The notes below the pieces were generated by a model that ran no database searches, was not told where the DNA came from, and worked only from the letters and a program-made list of their open reading frames with translations. Shown here in pieces: positions 9,075-18,593 of a stretch of DNA of 64,000 nucleotides. The position numbers were made by a program, and so were the translations under genes. Within the stretch, counting starts at the first letter, position 1; each line of letters opens with the position of its first letter. This DNA is from Myxococcota bacterium (GTDB taxonomy: Bacteria; Myxococcota_A; UBA796; SXON01). The stretch spans positions 96,001-160,000 of the forward strand of contig JAZKFH010000002.1 of assembly GCA_040386535.1 (NCBI GenBank), in the 5' to 3' direction.

Positions 9075-10163
9075 CTACCCGTCGTCCGGCAGGGCCGCGC
9101 CGCGCTCCTTGAGCCACTTGCGCATCTCGTCCTTGTCGAGCGCCTTCTCCAGCGCCGCATGCGGCTCGATCGCGTCCTTCTCCACCAGCGCCTTCAAACT
9201 GTCGTCCATCGCGATCATGCCGAGCGCCTTGCCCTGCGAGAGCATGCCCGCGATCTGGTGGGTCTTGCCCTCGCGGATGAGCGCGGAGAGTGCGGGCGTC
9301 CCGAAGAGGATCTCGAGCGCGGCCACGCGCCCGCCGCCCTTGCGACGCAACAGTTGCTGGGCGAGCACCCCCTTCAGAACGCCCGCGAGGATGCCGCGCA
9401 CCCCCTCCTGCTGGTCGGTCGGGAACACGTTGATGATGCGGTCGATGGTCTTGGAGGCGGAGTTGGTGTGGAGCGTGCCGAAGACGAGCAGTCCCGTCTC
9501 GGCGGCCTTGAGCGCCATCTCGATCGTCTCCAGGTCGCGCATCTCGCCCACCAGGATGCAGTCCGGGTCCTCGCGCACAGCGGCCCGGAGCGCGGCGGTG
9601 AACGACTTGGAGTGCGGCCCGATCTCGCGCTGGCTCACCAGCGACTTCTTGTTGGCGTGCACGAACTCGATGGGGTCCTCGATCGTGACCATGTGCAGCG
9701 CGCGCGTGTTGTTCATCTCGTGGATGATGGCGGAGAGCGTGGTGGATTTTCCCGATCCCGTGGGCCCCGTGACCAGCACGAGCCCGCCGTCGAGCGTCAT
9801 GAGCTTCTTGACGCTCGCGGGCAGGCCGAGCTGCTCGACGGTCATCAACTTGGTCGGGATGATGCGGAACACCGCGCCCATGCCCCGCTGCTGCCGGAAC
9901 ATGTTGACACGGAAACGCGCCAGGCCCGGCACCTCGTAGGCATAGTCCGCGTCGCCCTCGGCCACGAACGACTCCCAGATGTGCGGCGGGGAGATCGGCT
10001 TGAGGAAGCTCTCGAAGTCGCGATCGTCGAGCACCCGGTAGCGGATGGGCTCCATGCGCCCGGACAGCCGGAAGATCGGCGGGCGACCAACCGACAAGTG
10101 CAGGTCGGAGGCGCCACGATCGTTCATCAGCTTGAGGAACCGGTCGATGCGGTTGCCGGTCAC
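9075..10163 (-). CDS. pilT: PilT-family type IV pilus retraction ATPase
   Basis: ASDLHL, GPTGSGKSTT, TIEDPIE, REDPD..LVGEMRD, GTLHT. Confidence 0.9.
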   Translation of the reverse strand: MTGNRIDRFLKLMNDRGASDLHLSVGRPPIFRLSGRMEPIRYRVLDDRDFESFLKPISPPHIWESFVAEGDADYAYEVPGLARFRVNMFRQQRGMGAVFRIIPTKLMTVEQLGLPASVKKLMTLDGGLVLVTGPTGSGKSTTLSAIIHEMNNTRALHMVTIEDPIEFVHANKKSLVSQREIGPHSKSFTAALRAAVREDPDCILVGEMRDLETIEMALKAAETGLLVFGTLHTNSASKTIDRIINVFPTDQQEGVRGILAGVLKGVLAQQLLRRKGGGRVAALEILFGTPALSALIREGKTHQIAGMLSQGKALGMIAMDDSLKALVEKDAIEPHAALEKALDKDEMRKWLKERGAALPDDG

Positions 10164-12640
10164 GAGGTCACCCCCCGCTCGCGGAGGAAGTTCGGATCAC
10201 ACATCACCTCGAAGGTCTCGGGCTTCTCCGCGCGGCGCCACGCGGCCTCGGGCGAGATGAGGCCCGCCTCGACGAGCTCCGCGAGCGCGACGTCGATCGT
10301 CTGCATGCCGACGCTCCGCCCGATCTGCATCATGCTGGGGATCTGGAAGGTCTTGTTGTCACGAATGAGGTTGCCGACCGGGAGCGTGCCCTTGAGCACC
10401 TCGTACACGGCCACACGCCCCTTGCCGTCCTTGCGGGGCAGGAGCGACTGGGAGAGCACGTACTTGAGCGACTCGGAGAGGCCCATGCGCACCTGCGGCT
10501 GCTCCTCGGGCGGGAAGCTCTTCACCATGCGGTCCACGGTGGCGACGGCGCTCGTGGTGTGTAGCGTGCCGATGACGAGGTGCCCTGTCTCCGCGGCGGT
10601 GAGCGCCAGGCGGATGGTCTCCGGGTCCCGCATCTCGCCGACCACGATGACGTCGGGATCCTCGCGCAGGGCGGCCCGGAGCGCGCGCGCGAAGCTGTTC
10701 GTGTGGGTGCCGACCTCGCGTTGGTTCACCAGCGCCGACTTGGCCGGGTGCACGAACTCGATGGGATCCTCCAGCGTGATGACGTGGTCGGCCTTTGTCT
10801 CGTTGATGAGGTTCACGATCGCGGCCAACGTGGTGCTCTTGCCGCTGCCCGCGGGCCCGCTCACGATGATCAGCCCCTGGTGGTAGTCGAGCAGCTCGGT
10901 GAGGCGCCCGGGCAGCCGCAGATCGGCGAACGTCGGCGGGAGGTTGGGGATGACACGAAAAGAGGCGCACCAGCCTCGGCGTTGATGGAAGGCGTTGACA
11001 CGGTAGCGCCCCACCTCGGGGATGGCATGACAGAAGTCGAGCTCGCCGGTGCTCTCCAACACCTTGGCCTGCTTCTCGGTGAGGAGGGAGAACAGGGCGT
11101 CGCGCGTGGTGTGCGCGGGGAGCGGGGCGATGCCGGACATCCGCTCCAGCTTGCCGCCGAGGCGCACGAACGGCGGTTCGTCGACGGTGAAGTGAAGGTC
11201 ACTCGCGCCTTGTTCGCGGATCTGGGCCAGGAGCTTGTCGATGGGCCGGACGAGCCGGGCGGACGAGACGGCGCTGGTGCCCTGCTCGGCGTCCCCGACC
11301 GTGATGTCGAGCCGCCCCTCCATGTCGCGGAGCACCTCGGAGGCGCGGGTGCGCACCTCGGACGAAGGATCCTTGTCCTTCACCGCTTCGAGGAGCGGCA
11401 GCAGGCGGGCCTCGGTGAAGCGCGAGAAGGCGCGGATGACCTCGATGCGCACCTCCGCGCGCGGGTCCCGGAGCATGCCCGCGAGCGGCTTGAGCGAGAG
11501 GTTGGAGCCGATCTGGGCGAGCCCGTCGATCGCGGCCCACCGGCAGTCCTCGTCTTCGAGCGCCTTGACGAGGTGGGGCACGGCGCGCTCGTCCTTCAGG
11601 CGCCCGAGCGTGTCGCACGCGGTGATGCGCAACCACCAGTCCGGGTCGGTCAGCAGCCGGCAGATCGGCTCGACCAGGCGCGGATCCTGGAAGTTCTCGG
11701 CGAGCACGAGCGCGGCCGTGCGCACCTCCTCGTCGGGGTGGCCGAGCAGGGCCACGGCGGGCGCGAGGATGGGATCGCCGAACGTGCGGAGGGTCTCCAG
11801 GATGCGCGTGCGGAGCCAGCCGACGAGGTTGCGGCAGAACAGCAGCACCTCCATCAGCACCTGCTCGGGCGGCCCCGAGGCGAGCAGCAGCTCGACGCAC
11901 ACGTGACGCGTGGCGTCATCTCCCGACCCGAGCAGGTCCATCATCCGCTTGCGGATCGGGGTGGGGTCCTTGGCCGCCGCCTCCGTGAGCCAGCGCCGGG
12001 AGAGCTCGCGGCTGGTGGCGTCGCCGTTCTGGAGGCGGTCGAGCACCAGATCGAGCACCCGCGGGTCCCGCACCGTGACGATGCCCTCGAGCGCGATCGT
12101 GGCGATGCGGGGCTCGTGATCCCGCGCGAGCCCAAGGAGCAGGTCGACCATGGACTCGGCGGGGCGGTCCTGCAGGATCCGTTGGAGTGCGGGGATCCGC
12201 ACGGCGAGCGGCGCGTCGCGGACGGCGCGCTCCAGGTACCGCGCCCGCAGCTCCCCGGAGACCGACAGGGCGACCTCCCACCCGAGCCGCTTTTTCTGTG
12301 TGGTCTTGTCGGCCAGCAGGCCGTCCACCACCTTGCCCATCACGTCGGAGGGCACCTTCGCGAAGAGCCGTGTCACGTAGCCGCGCACGTGTTGCGGCTG
12401 CTCGGTCATGCGATCGATCAGCTCGTTCACGGACGCCACGTCGGGTCTGGCAAGGAACGAGTCGACCCCTACCTGCCGCGCGGCGCTGTCCGCGTGCCAC
12501 AACAGCGGGATCGCCTCGGTGGCCCGGAGCCCCGACTCGCGGAGCTGCGCGAGCAGCTGATCCTTCTCCTCCGGGGTGCGCCAGCTCGACGTGACCGTCT
12601 TCTCGAGGATGCTCCGCTTTCCGGCGCCGAAGAATTGCAT
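10160..12640 (-). CDS. HEAT-repeat protein fused to a C-terminal PilT/PilU-family ATPase
   Basis: About 450 aa of HEAT-like helical repeats (DEEVRTAA, DWWLRITAC, DEDCRWAAI, RAEVRIEVI), then ASDLHF, GPAGSGKSTT, EDPIE, VGEMRD, GHLVIGTLHT. Confidence 0.88.
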   Translation of the reverse strand: MQFFGAGKRSILEKTVTSSWRTPEEKDQLLAQLRESGLRATEAIPLLWHADSAARQVGVDSFLARPDVASVNELIDRMTEQPQHVRGYVTRLFAKVPSDVMGKVVDGLLADKTTQKKRLGWEVALSVSGELRARYLERAVRDAPLAVRIPALQRILQDRPAESMVDLLLGLARDHEPRIATIALEGIVTVRDPRVLDLVLDRLQNGDATSRELSRRWLTEAAAKDPTPIRKRMMDLLGSGDDATRHVCVELLLASGPPEQVLMEVLLFCRNLVGWLRTRILETLRTFGDPILAPAVALLGHPDEEVRTAALVLAENFQDPRLVEPICRLLTDPDWWLRITACDTLGRLKDERAVPHLVKALEDEDCRWAAIDGLAQIGSNLSLKPLAGMLRDPRAEVRIEVIRAFSRFTEARLLPLLEAVKDKDPSSEVRTRASEVLRDMEGRLDITVGDAEQGTSAVSSARLVRPIDKLLAQIREQGASDLHFTVDEPPFVRLGGKLERMSGIAPLPAHTTRDALFSLLTEKQAKVLESTGELDFCHAIPEVGRYRVNAFHQRRGWCASFRVIPNLPPTFADLRLPGRLTELLDYHQGLIIVSGPAGSGKSTTLAAIVNLINETKADHVITLEDPIEFVHPAKSALVNQREVGTHTNSFARALRAALREDPDVIVVGEMRDPETIRLALTAAETGHLVIGTLHTTSAVATVDRMVKSFPPEEQPQVRMGLSESLKYVLSQSLLPRKDGKGRVAVYEVLKGTLPVGNLIRDNKTFQIPSMMQIGRSVGMQTIDVALAELVEAGLISPEAAWRRAEKPETFEVMCDPNFLRERGVTS

Positions 12641-12645
12641 GCGCG

Positions 12646-12651
12646 AGTATA
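12646..12651 (-). promoter_or_regulatory. TATACT -10 hexamer 5 nt upstream of the ATG (probable leaderless promoter)
   Basis: Minus strand reads TATACT-CGCGC-ATG with no SD sequence. Confidence 0.6.
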
Positions 12652-12707
12652 GGACGTGTGTGGGCCCCGGTTTTGGCGAGCCGCCGGAGACTCCGGCTTC
12701 TTCGTCG

Positions 12708-13382
12708 TTACTCTCCCGACTTACTTTCGAGCGCCGCGAGGGCGAGCGCGGCGGCGGCGAGCTGGGCCGCCTTCTTGCTGCTTCCGGTGCACGGGCCGTA
12801 CACCGCGCCGCTCACCGAGACCGTGACCCCGAAGGTCAACGCGTGATCCGGTCCCGAGCGCGCCACCTCGAGGTAGATCGGCGCCGGGAGCTGGCGCGCC
12901 TGGCACCACTCCTGGAGCTCCGACTTCGCGTCCCGCAAGGTGTCGGCGTGGAGCCCTTCCACCTTGGTAGTGATGAGCGGGGTGAGGGCGCGCCGCGCGC
13001 TCTCCAGGCCCCCGTCGACGTAGATGGCCGCCACGAGCGCCTCGAACGCGTCCGAGAGCACCTTGCTGCCGGGCTCGACGCCCAGGCCCAGGCGGCTGTC
13101 CGTGCGGAGGTTGCGATGCAGGTCGAGCTCGACCGCGAGCACAGCGCACTGACGACGGTCGACGAGGCGCGCCCGCGCCTTGGTCAGCCGGCCCTCGTCC
13201 CAGTCCGGGAACCGCGCGAGCAGGTGCTCGCTCACGATGAGCTGGAGGACGGCGTCCCCGAGGAACTCGAGGCGTTGGTTGCTCGCCTCGCCCGGGTGCT
13301 CGTTCGCGTAGGACGGGTGCGTGAGCGCCTGTTCGAGCAGCGCGGGATCGGAGAACTGGTGAAGCTCGCCAAAACCGGTCAT
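12708..13382 (-). CDS. rnc: Ribonuclease III
   Basis: ALTHPSY, NQRLEFLGDAVL, DAFEALVAAIYVD, dsRBD (AKSELQE, GPDH, GSSKKAA). ATGA overlap with mnmA. Confidence 0.96.
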   Translation of the reverse strand: MTGFGELHQFSDPALLEQALTHPSYANEHPGEASNQRLEFLGDAVLQLIVSEHLLARFPDWDEGRLTKARARLVDRRQCAVLAVELDLHRNLRTDSRLGLGVEPGSKVLSDAFEALVAAIYVDGGLESARRALTPLITTKVEGLHADTLRDAKSELQEWCQARQLPAPIYLEVARSGPDHALTFGVTVSVSGAVYGPCTGSSKKAAQLAAAALALAALESKSGE

Positions 13383-14428
13383 GCCGCCGCCACGCCGGCG
13401 CGGCGGATGACGCCTCCGCCGAGCACCTCGTCCCCCGCGTACAAGACCACCGATTGCCCCGGCGCCACGGCCCGGGCGGGGGCCTGGAAGCGGAGGGACA
13501 ACGGATCGAGCGTCTCCACGGTGCACGGGATCAGCGCGCCCCGGTGCCGGATGCGCGCCGTGACCTCCTCGCCGGGTTCCGGCTGTCGCAGCCAGCTCAC
13601 GCCCGCCGCCGTGAGCCCCTGCTCGGTCAACCGATCGGCCGGCCCGACGACGACGCGCCGGGTGTCGGGCTCGATGCGCAGCACGTAGATCGGCGCGCCC
13701 GCGGCGACCCCGAGCCCGCGGCGCTGCCCCACGGTGTAGCGGAAGTACCCGTCGTGACGCCCGAGCACACGCCCGCCCTCGTCCACGATGTCGCCCGCGC
13801 CCTCCACCTCGGGGCGGGCCTCGCGGATGAAGCGCGCGTGGTCGTCGTCCGGGAGGAAACACACCTCCATCGATTCGGGCTTCTGCGCGGTCGCGAGGCC
13901 CAGCCGCTCGGCGTGCGCGCGCACCTCGGGCTTGGTCATCTCGCCGAGCGGGAAGCGGCTGCGCGCCAGCGCCTCGGGGCGCACGTTCCAGAGGAAGTAG
14001 GACTGGTCCTTCTCACGGTCGGCGGCCATGAAGAGGCGGCCGCCGTCGGTGCGCGCATAGTGGCCGGTCGCGAACGCCTCGGCGCCGAGGGCCCGCGCGC
14101 GGGCCAGGAGCACCTGGAACTTGAGCACGCCGTTGCACTGCACGCACGGGTTGGGCGTGAAGCCCTTGACGTAGGCGTCGGCGAGATCGTCCATCACCGC
14201 GGCCTTGAACGCGTCGCGCAGGTTCATCACGTAGAACGGGATGCCGAGCGTGTCGGTGACGCGACGGGCATCGAGCGCGTCGTCCAGGCCACAACAGTGC
14301 CCCGCGGCCCCCTCGACCGCGTCGTGCAGCTTCATGTGGACGCCGATGACCTCGTGCCCCTGCTCGTGCAGGAGCGCCGCGGCCACCGACGAGTCGACCC
14401 CACCGGACATCGCGACGACGATACGCAT
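13379..14428 (-). CDS. mnmA: tRNA 2-thiouridine(34) synthase MnmA
   Basis: SGGVDS, TPNPCVQCN, ATGHYA, KDQSYFL, TVGQRRGL, PGQ. Confidence 0.96.
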   Translation of the reverse strand: MRIVVAMSGGVDSSVAAALLHEQGHEVIGVHMKLHDAVEGAAGHCCGLDDALDARRVTDTLGIPFYVMNLRDAFKAAVMDDLADAYVKGFTPNPCVQCNGVLKFQVLLARARALGAEAFATGHYARTDGGRLFMAADREKDQSYFLWNVRPEALARSRFPLGEMTKPEVRAHAERLGLATAQKPESMEVCFLPDDDHARFIREARPEVEGAGDIVDEGGRVLGRHDGYFRYTVGQRRGLGVAAGAPIYVLRIEPDTRRVVVGPADRLTEQGLTAAGVSWLRQPEPGEEVTARIRHRGALIPCTVETLDPLSLRFQAPARAVAPGQSVVLYAGDEVLGGGVIRRAGVAAA

Positions 14429-14472
14429 CCCGCGCGTCTAACCCACCCGGTGAACCCGGCGCGCCCCGCGGA

Positions 14473-14520
14473 GGCTCACGCCGAGACTCACTCCGAGACT
14501 CACGCCGGGACTCACTCGGG
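14473..14520. repeat. Four-copy 12-bp tandem repeat between iscS and mnmA
   Basis: GGCTCACGCCGA / GACTCACTCCGA / GACTCACGCCGG / GACTCACTCGGG; the last copy overlaps the desulfurase stop codon. Confidence 0.85.
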
Positions 14521-15555
14521 GGGTGCCCGCATCCGCGCCAACACGCGCGCGAGGGCCGCCGCCGCGGCGTCGACATCCGCGTCGGACGTGTCCGCGTCGA
14601 GCGAGAAGCGCACCGCGCTCCCGGCGAAGCCCATGGCGCGCAGCACGTGGGAGGGCTCGGGGGAGCCCGACGCGCAGGCGCTGCCCGCGGAGGTGGCGAT
14701 GCCCTCGAGATCGAGCGCCATCACCAGGTCGGCGGCCTCCACGCCGTCGAACGCGACGCAGCAGGTGTTGGGGAGCCGGTCGGCGGCGACGCCCGCGACC
14801 CGCCCGCCCATGGCCACGAGGGCGCGCTCGAGGCGATCCCGCCGCGCCGGGCTCATCGCCTCGAACGTGGCCGCCGCCGCGGCGCCCATGCCGACCACGC
14901 CGGCCACGTTGTGCGTGCCCGCGCGGCGCCCGCGCTCCTGGGGCCCGCCGCGGAGGAGCGGCTCGGGGAAGAGCCCCGGACGCGCCAACAGGGCGCCGAC
15001 GCCCTGCGGGCCCCCGAACTTGTGGGCGGAGAGGGTCACGAGATCCGCGTCGATGCGCATCGGGATGCGGCCGGGGGCCTGGCTCGCGTCGACGTGGAGG
15101 AGCACCCCGGCGTTCCGGGCGAGCGCGGCCAATTCGACGATTGGGGCCACGACGCCGGTCTCGTTGTTGGCGAGCATCACGGACAGGCCCGAGTAGCCGT
15201 CGAGCGCGCCCGGGACGGCGAGCTGGTCGAGCCGCACCCGCCCGGACGCGTCGACCGCGAGGAGGCTGTCCGCCCACACCAACACCGACGGATGCTCGAC
15301 CGCGCTCACCATCCAACGCCCACGCGACAGGACGGTGGTGTTCGCCTCGGTGGCGCCGGACGTGAAGTACACCCCCTCCCGGTGCCACCCGGCGAGCGCG
15401 GCCACCTGCGCCCGCGCCCGGTCCACCGCCGCCGCCGCCGCCCGCCCGAGCGAGTGTTGGGAGAACGGGTTCGCCGCCGCGCCCAGCCACGGCACCATCG
15501 CTTCGAGCGCGACGAGCCGCAGCGGCGAGGTCGCGTTGTGGTCGAGGTAGATCAC
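14512..15555 (-). CDS. iscS: Cysteine desulfurase (IscS/NifS family)
   Basis: IYLDHNATSP, FTSGATEAN, ANNETG, SAHKFGGPQG, RAGT, SAGSAC; adjacent to mnmA. Confidence 0.88.
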   Translation of the reverse strand: MIYLDHNATSPLRLVALEAMVPWLGAAANPFSQHSLGRAAAAAVDRARAQVAALAGWHREGVYFTSGATEANTTVLSRGRWMVSAVEHPSVLVWADSLLAVDASGRVRLDQLAVPGALDGYSGLSVMLANNETGVVAPIVELAALARNAGVLLHVDASQAPGRIPMRIDADLVTLSAHKFGGPQGVGALLARPGLFPEPLLRGGPQERGRRAGTHNVAGVVGMGAAAAATFEAMSPARRDRLERALVAMGGRVAGVAADRLPNTCCVAFDGVEAADLVMALDLEGIATSAGSACASGSPEPSHVLRAMGFAGSAVRFSLDADTSDADVDAAAAALARVLARMRAPPE

Positions 15556-16049
15556 GGGGCGACGAGCGGCGCGAGCGCGCGTAGCTTGGCAGGCCCGATG
15601 CCCTTGACGCGGTCGAGGTCATCGAGGCTGCGGAAGGGGCGCCCCGCCACGATGCGCGCCGCGAGCGCAGGCCCGATGCCAGGGAGCCCTTCGAGGTCGG
15701 CCATCGTGGCGTGGTTGAGCGACAAGCGCCCGCCGAAGACCCGCGTGGCGACCGGCGCCAGGGGGTGTCGCGGCAGCGCCCACCCGCCCACGAGCCGCAC
15801 CACGTCGCCGTCCTCGATGGGCCCCGCCGCGAGGTACGCGGGCTCGCCGCCCGCCGCGCGCGCGGCCGCGCCCAGATCGTCGGCCTCGTACCAGCCCGGC
15901 GACGCGACCCCGACGAGCTGGACCACCCGCGCGTCGACCGGCGCGGCGCCGCCGAACAGCATGCCCGCGGTGAGCAGCAGCCCCACGAAGGCGGAGGCGC
16001 GGACCGCGCGATCCGGCGCGCGCGGCTCGACAGGCACGGCAGCGCTCAC
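15552..16049 (-). CDS. ComEA-like helix-hairpin-helix DNA-binding protein
   Basis: N-terminal TM segment; LNHAT..DLEGLPGIGPALA...DLDRVKGIGP HhH repeats. GTGA overlap with tsaE. Confidence 0.75.
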   Translation of the reverse strand: MSAAVPVEPRAPDRAVRASAFVGLLLTAGMLFGGAAPVDARVVQLVGVASPGWYEADDLGAAARAAGGEPAYLAAGPIEDGDVVRLVGGWALPRHPLAPVATRVFGGRLSLNHATMADLEGLPGIGPALAARIVAGRPFRSLDDLDRVKGIGPAKLRALAPLVAP

Positions 16050-16513
16050 GAGACGTCCGCGTCGGCGAACGCATCGAGCAAGACGACGTGTTTCGGCCCG
16101 GTCGCGACGGCCTCGATCACCCGGCCGCCCGGCGCGTGCGCGAGGCGGACCTCCAGGCGGTCGTCCGGCCAGAGGTCGGGGAACCGGTCGGACCACTCGA
16201 TCACCCATGCCCCATCGTAGCCGACACGCTCCTCGATCCCGAGCGCCACGGCTTCCTCGACCCTTACGAGCCGGTACAGGTCCGCGTGGCGCAGGGGAAC
16301 GCGCGCCTCGGGGTACTCCATCACCAGCACGAACGTGGGGCTCTGCACGGGCCCGACGACGCCGAGCCCGCGCGCGAGGCCCTGGGAGAAGCAGGTCTTC
16401 CCCGCGCCGAGATCTCCGGAGAGCAGCACGACCGCGCCCTCGAACAGGCGCGACGCGACTCGCGCGCCGAGCGCGGCGGTGGTCTCGGGGTCGGGAGACA
16501 GGAGGCGACGCAT
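16046..16513 (-). CDS. tsaE: tRNA threonylcarbamoyladenosine biosynthesis ATPase TsaE
   Basis: LSGDLGAGKT, VQSPTF, HADLYRL, VIEW. Confidence 0.95.
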   Translation of the reverse strand: MRRLLSPDPETTAALGARVASRLFEGAVVLLSGDLGAGKTCFSQGLARGLGVVGPVQSPTFVLVMEYPEARVPLRHADLYRLVRVEEAVALGIEERVGYDGAWVIEWSDRFPDLWPDDRLEVRLAHAPGGRVIEAVATGPKHVVLLDAFADADVS

Positions 16514-16547
16514 GCGGGCCTTGAGATGCGCATGCGGACGCCCGACG

Positions 16548-17168
16548 TCAAGGGCTTCGTCGTCTTTCCTGACTCGCCGAAACGAGAGCAGGGTCGGCGA
16601 GGCTCCGGAACGTCAGGTTCACCCGGGTCCCGACCTCCGCGCGGGTCTTCGGGAGCGCGTGCTGCCACGCCGGCTGCGTCCCCTCCCCCATCACCAGCAC
16701 GCTCCCATGCCCGAGCACGATGGAGACGCGCTCCTCACCGGCACGCGAGCGCAGGTCGAAGCGCCGCTCCGCGCCGAGCGACACGGACACGATCGCGGCG
16801 GTCTCCCCGGGCGGGTAGTCGTCATCGCTGTGCCAGCTCATGCTGTCCGCGCCCGACCGGTAGAGGTTCACCAGCACGGTGTTGAAGTGGTGGCCGGTGG
16901 CGCGCTGCACCGCGTCCGCGATCGTCGTGATGCGCGGCGAGAAGGCGCGCGCCGGGTGGATGAGACCGGAGTAGCCGTACGCGACGGCGCCGTACCACGC
17001 GATGCGGCGCGGCATCGGCATCGTACGCCCGAAGATGCGGAACACGTGGTCCTCCCACGGCACCTCCTCCACCAGCCCCGCGAGGTGGGCGTCAGCGTCC
17101 GGGAGCGCGTCGGGCAGGTACACGAAGCCCGGTGGCAGCGTCGGCGCTCGCGGCGCGAACAGGCCCAC
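16548..17168 (-). CDS. AlkB-family (ALKBH2/3-like) 2OG-Fe(II) dioxygenase
   Basis: PRRIAWYG, FNTVLVNLYRSG.DSMSWHSD, IVSVSLG, WQHALPK, RVNLTFR. GTG start at 17168. Confidence 0.9.
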   Translation of the reverse strand: MGLFAPRAPTLPPGFVYLPDALPDADAHLAGLVEEVPWEDHVFRIFGRTMPMPRRIAWYGAVAYGYSGLIHPARAFSPRITTIADAVQRATGHHFNTVLVNLYRSGADSMSWHSDDDYPPGETAAIVSVSLGAERRFDLRSRAGEERVSIVLGHGSVLVMGEGTQPAWQHALPKTRAEVGTRVNLTFRSLADPALVSASQERRRSP

Positions 17169-17169
17169 G

Positions 17170-18555
17170 TCAGCGCGCCCGCGGCAACGCGTCGGCGATG
17201 TCGGACGCCCCGATGCCCACCGGCCCCGCGAGCGCCCCCGCCCGTTGGTGCAGCCACGCGGCCTCGAGGGCCACGGCCTCGACGCCGTCGGCATCCTGGG
17301 GACGCAGGTGCGCGAGCAGCGCGCCACAGAGCCCCGCGAGGACATCGCCGCTGCCACCGGTCGCCAGCTGCGGGCGGCCCCCTTCGAGGACCCGCAACGG
17401 CGCGCCGGTCACGATGGGGCACGCGCCCTTGTAGATGGCGGGCGCCACGCGCCGGAGCCGCGCCGCGGTGTGGAGCCGGTCGGCCTCCAGATCCCGCCAC
17501 GGCAGCCCGAGGAGCCGCGCGGCCTCGCCGGCGTGCGGCGTGATGAGGCGGAGGTGGTCCGACGGGGTGCCGTCGAGCGCATTGAGGCCGTCCGCGTCGA
17601 ACACGCAGGGGATCGGGAGCTCGCGCCAGATACGACGCACGTCCTCGTCCGCCCCGCGCCCGAGGCCGGGCCCCACCACGAGCGCGTCGTACTTCTCCAG
17701 GCCGCCCCGCTCCCGCACCATCACCTCGGGCGGCAGGCCGCCGAGGCGGCTCCACGCGTCCTTCGGGATGAGCAGCGTCACGAGCCCGGCGCCCCCGCGC
17801 AACGCCCCACGCGCCGCGAGCACGGCCGCGCCCGCCATCTCCGGCGACCCGGCATAGACCCCGACGTGCCCGCGCGACCACTTGTTGTCGCCCGGCAGGA
17901 AGGGGGTGGGCGTGAGCGCGTCCACCAGGACGGCCTCGGGGGCCTCGCGCTCAGAGACCAGCTCGGAGCCGATGTCCACGAGATCCCAGGGGATGGGCTC
18001 GACGAACAGGAAGGGCTTCAAACGCCCGATGGTCACGACGTGATCGGCCCGTGGGAACGCGCCGACACGCGCGCCGGTGTCCGCGTCGATGCCGGTCGGC
18101 ACGTCGACCGCGACGAGCGGCGCGTCCAGGGGCGGGAGCCCGGGCACCTCGACCGGTGCGCGCTGGCCGGTGCCGAAGATCGCGTCCACGTACAGGTCGG
18201 CGGAGCCCGCCTCCCACGCGTCGTCCAGCCGCGCCACGAGCCCGAGACGCTCCGCGATCACGGCGTGGAGCACACACTCGGCCGACCGCGGCGGGAACAC
18301 CGCCACGACGCGCACGGCCACGCCCGCGATGGCGAGGTGGCGCGCGATCGCGTAGCCGTCGCCGCCGTTGTTGCCGGGCCCGGCCAGGATCATCACGCGC
18401 CGCGCGTCGGGGAAGCGGGCCCGCAGCACGTCGGCCACCGCGTGCGCGGCGTGGTCCATGAGGAGCGGGCTCGGGATGCCGACACGCTCGATCAATCGGC
18501 GATCGAGCTCACGGATCGCGGCGGCGCGGGAGATGGGGCGGGTGCGGGGAGTCAC
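17170..18555 (-). CDS. nnr: Bifunctional NAD(P)H-hydrate epimerase/dehydratase Nnr
   Basis: GPGNNGGDG, VDAIFGTG, AVDVPTG, GPGLG, DADGL, TPHAGEA, ATGGSGDVLAG. Confidence 0.92.
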   Translation of the reverse strand: MTPRTRPISRAAAIRELDRRLIERVGIPSPLLMDHAAHAVADVLRARFPDARRVMILAGPGNNGGDGYAIARHLAIAGVAVRVVAVFPPRSAECVLHAVIAERLGLVARLDDAWEAGSADLYVDAIFGTGQRAPVEVPGLPPLDAPLVAVDVPTGIDADTGARVGAFPRADHVVTIGRLKPFLFVEPIPWDLVDIGSELVSEREAPEAVLVDALTPTPFLPGDNKWSRGHVGVYAGSPEMAGAAVLAARGALRGGAGLVTLLIPKDAWSRLGGLPPEVMVRERGGLEKYDALVVGPGLGRGADEDVRRIWRELPIPCVFDADGLNALDGTPSDHLRLITPHAGEAARLLGLPWRDLEADRLHTAARLRRVAPAIYKGACPIVTGAPLRVLEGGRPQLATGGSGDVLAGLCGALLAHLRPQDADGVEAVALEAAWLHQRAGALAGPVGIGASDIADALPRAR

Positions 18556-18593
18556 GGGGCGAGGGTAACGCGAGCCCAGATCCCCGGACGCGC

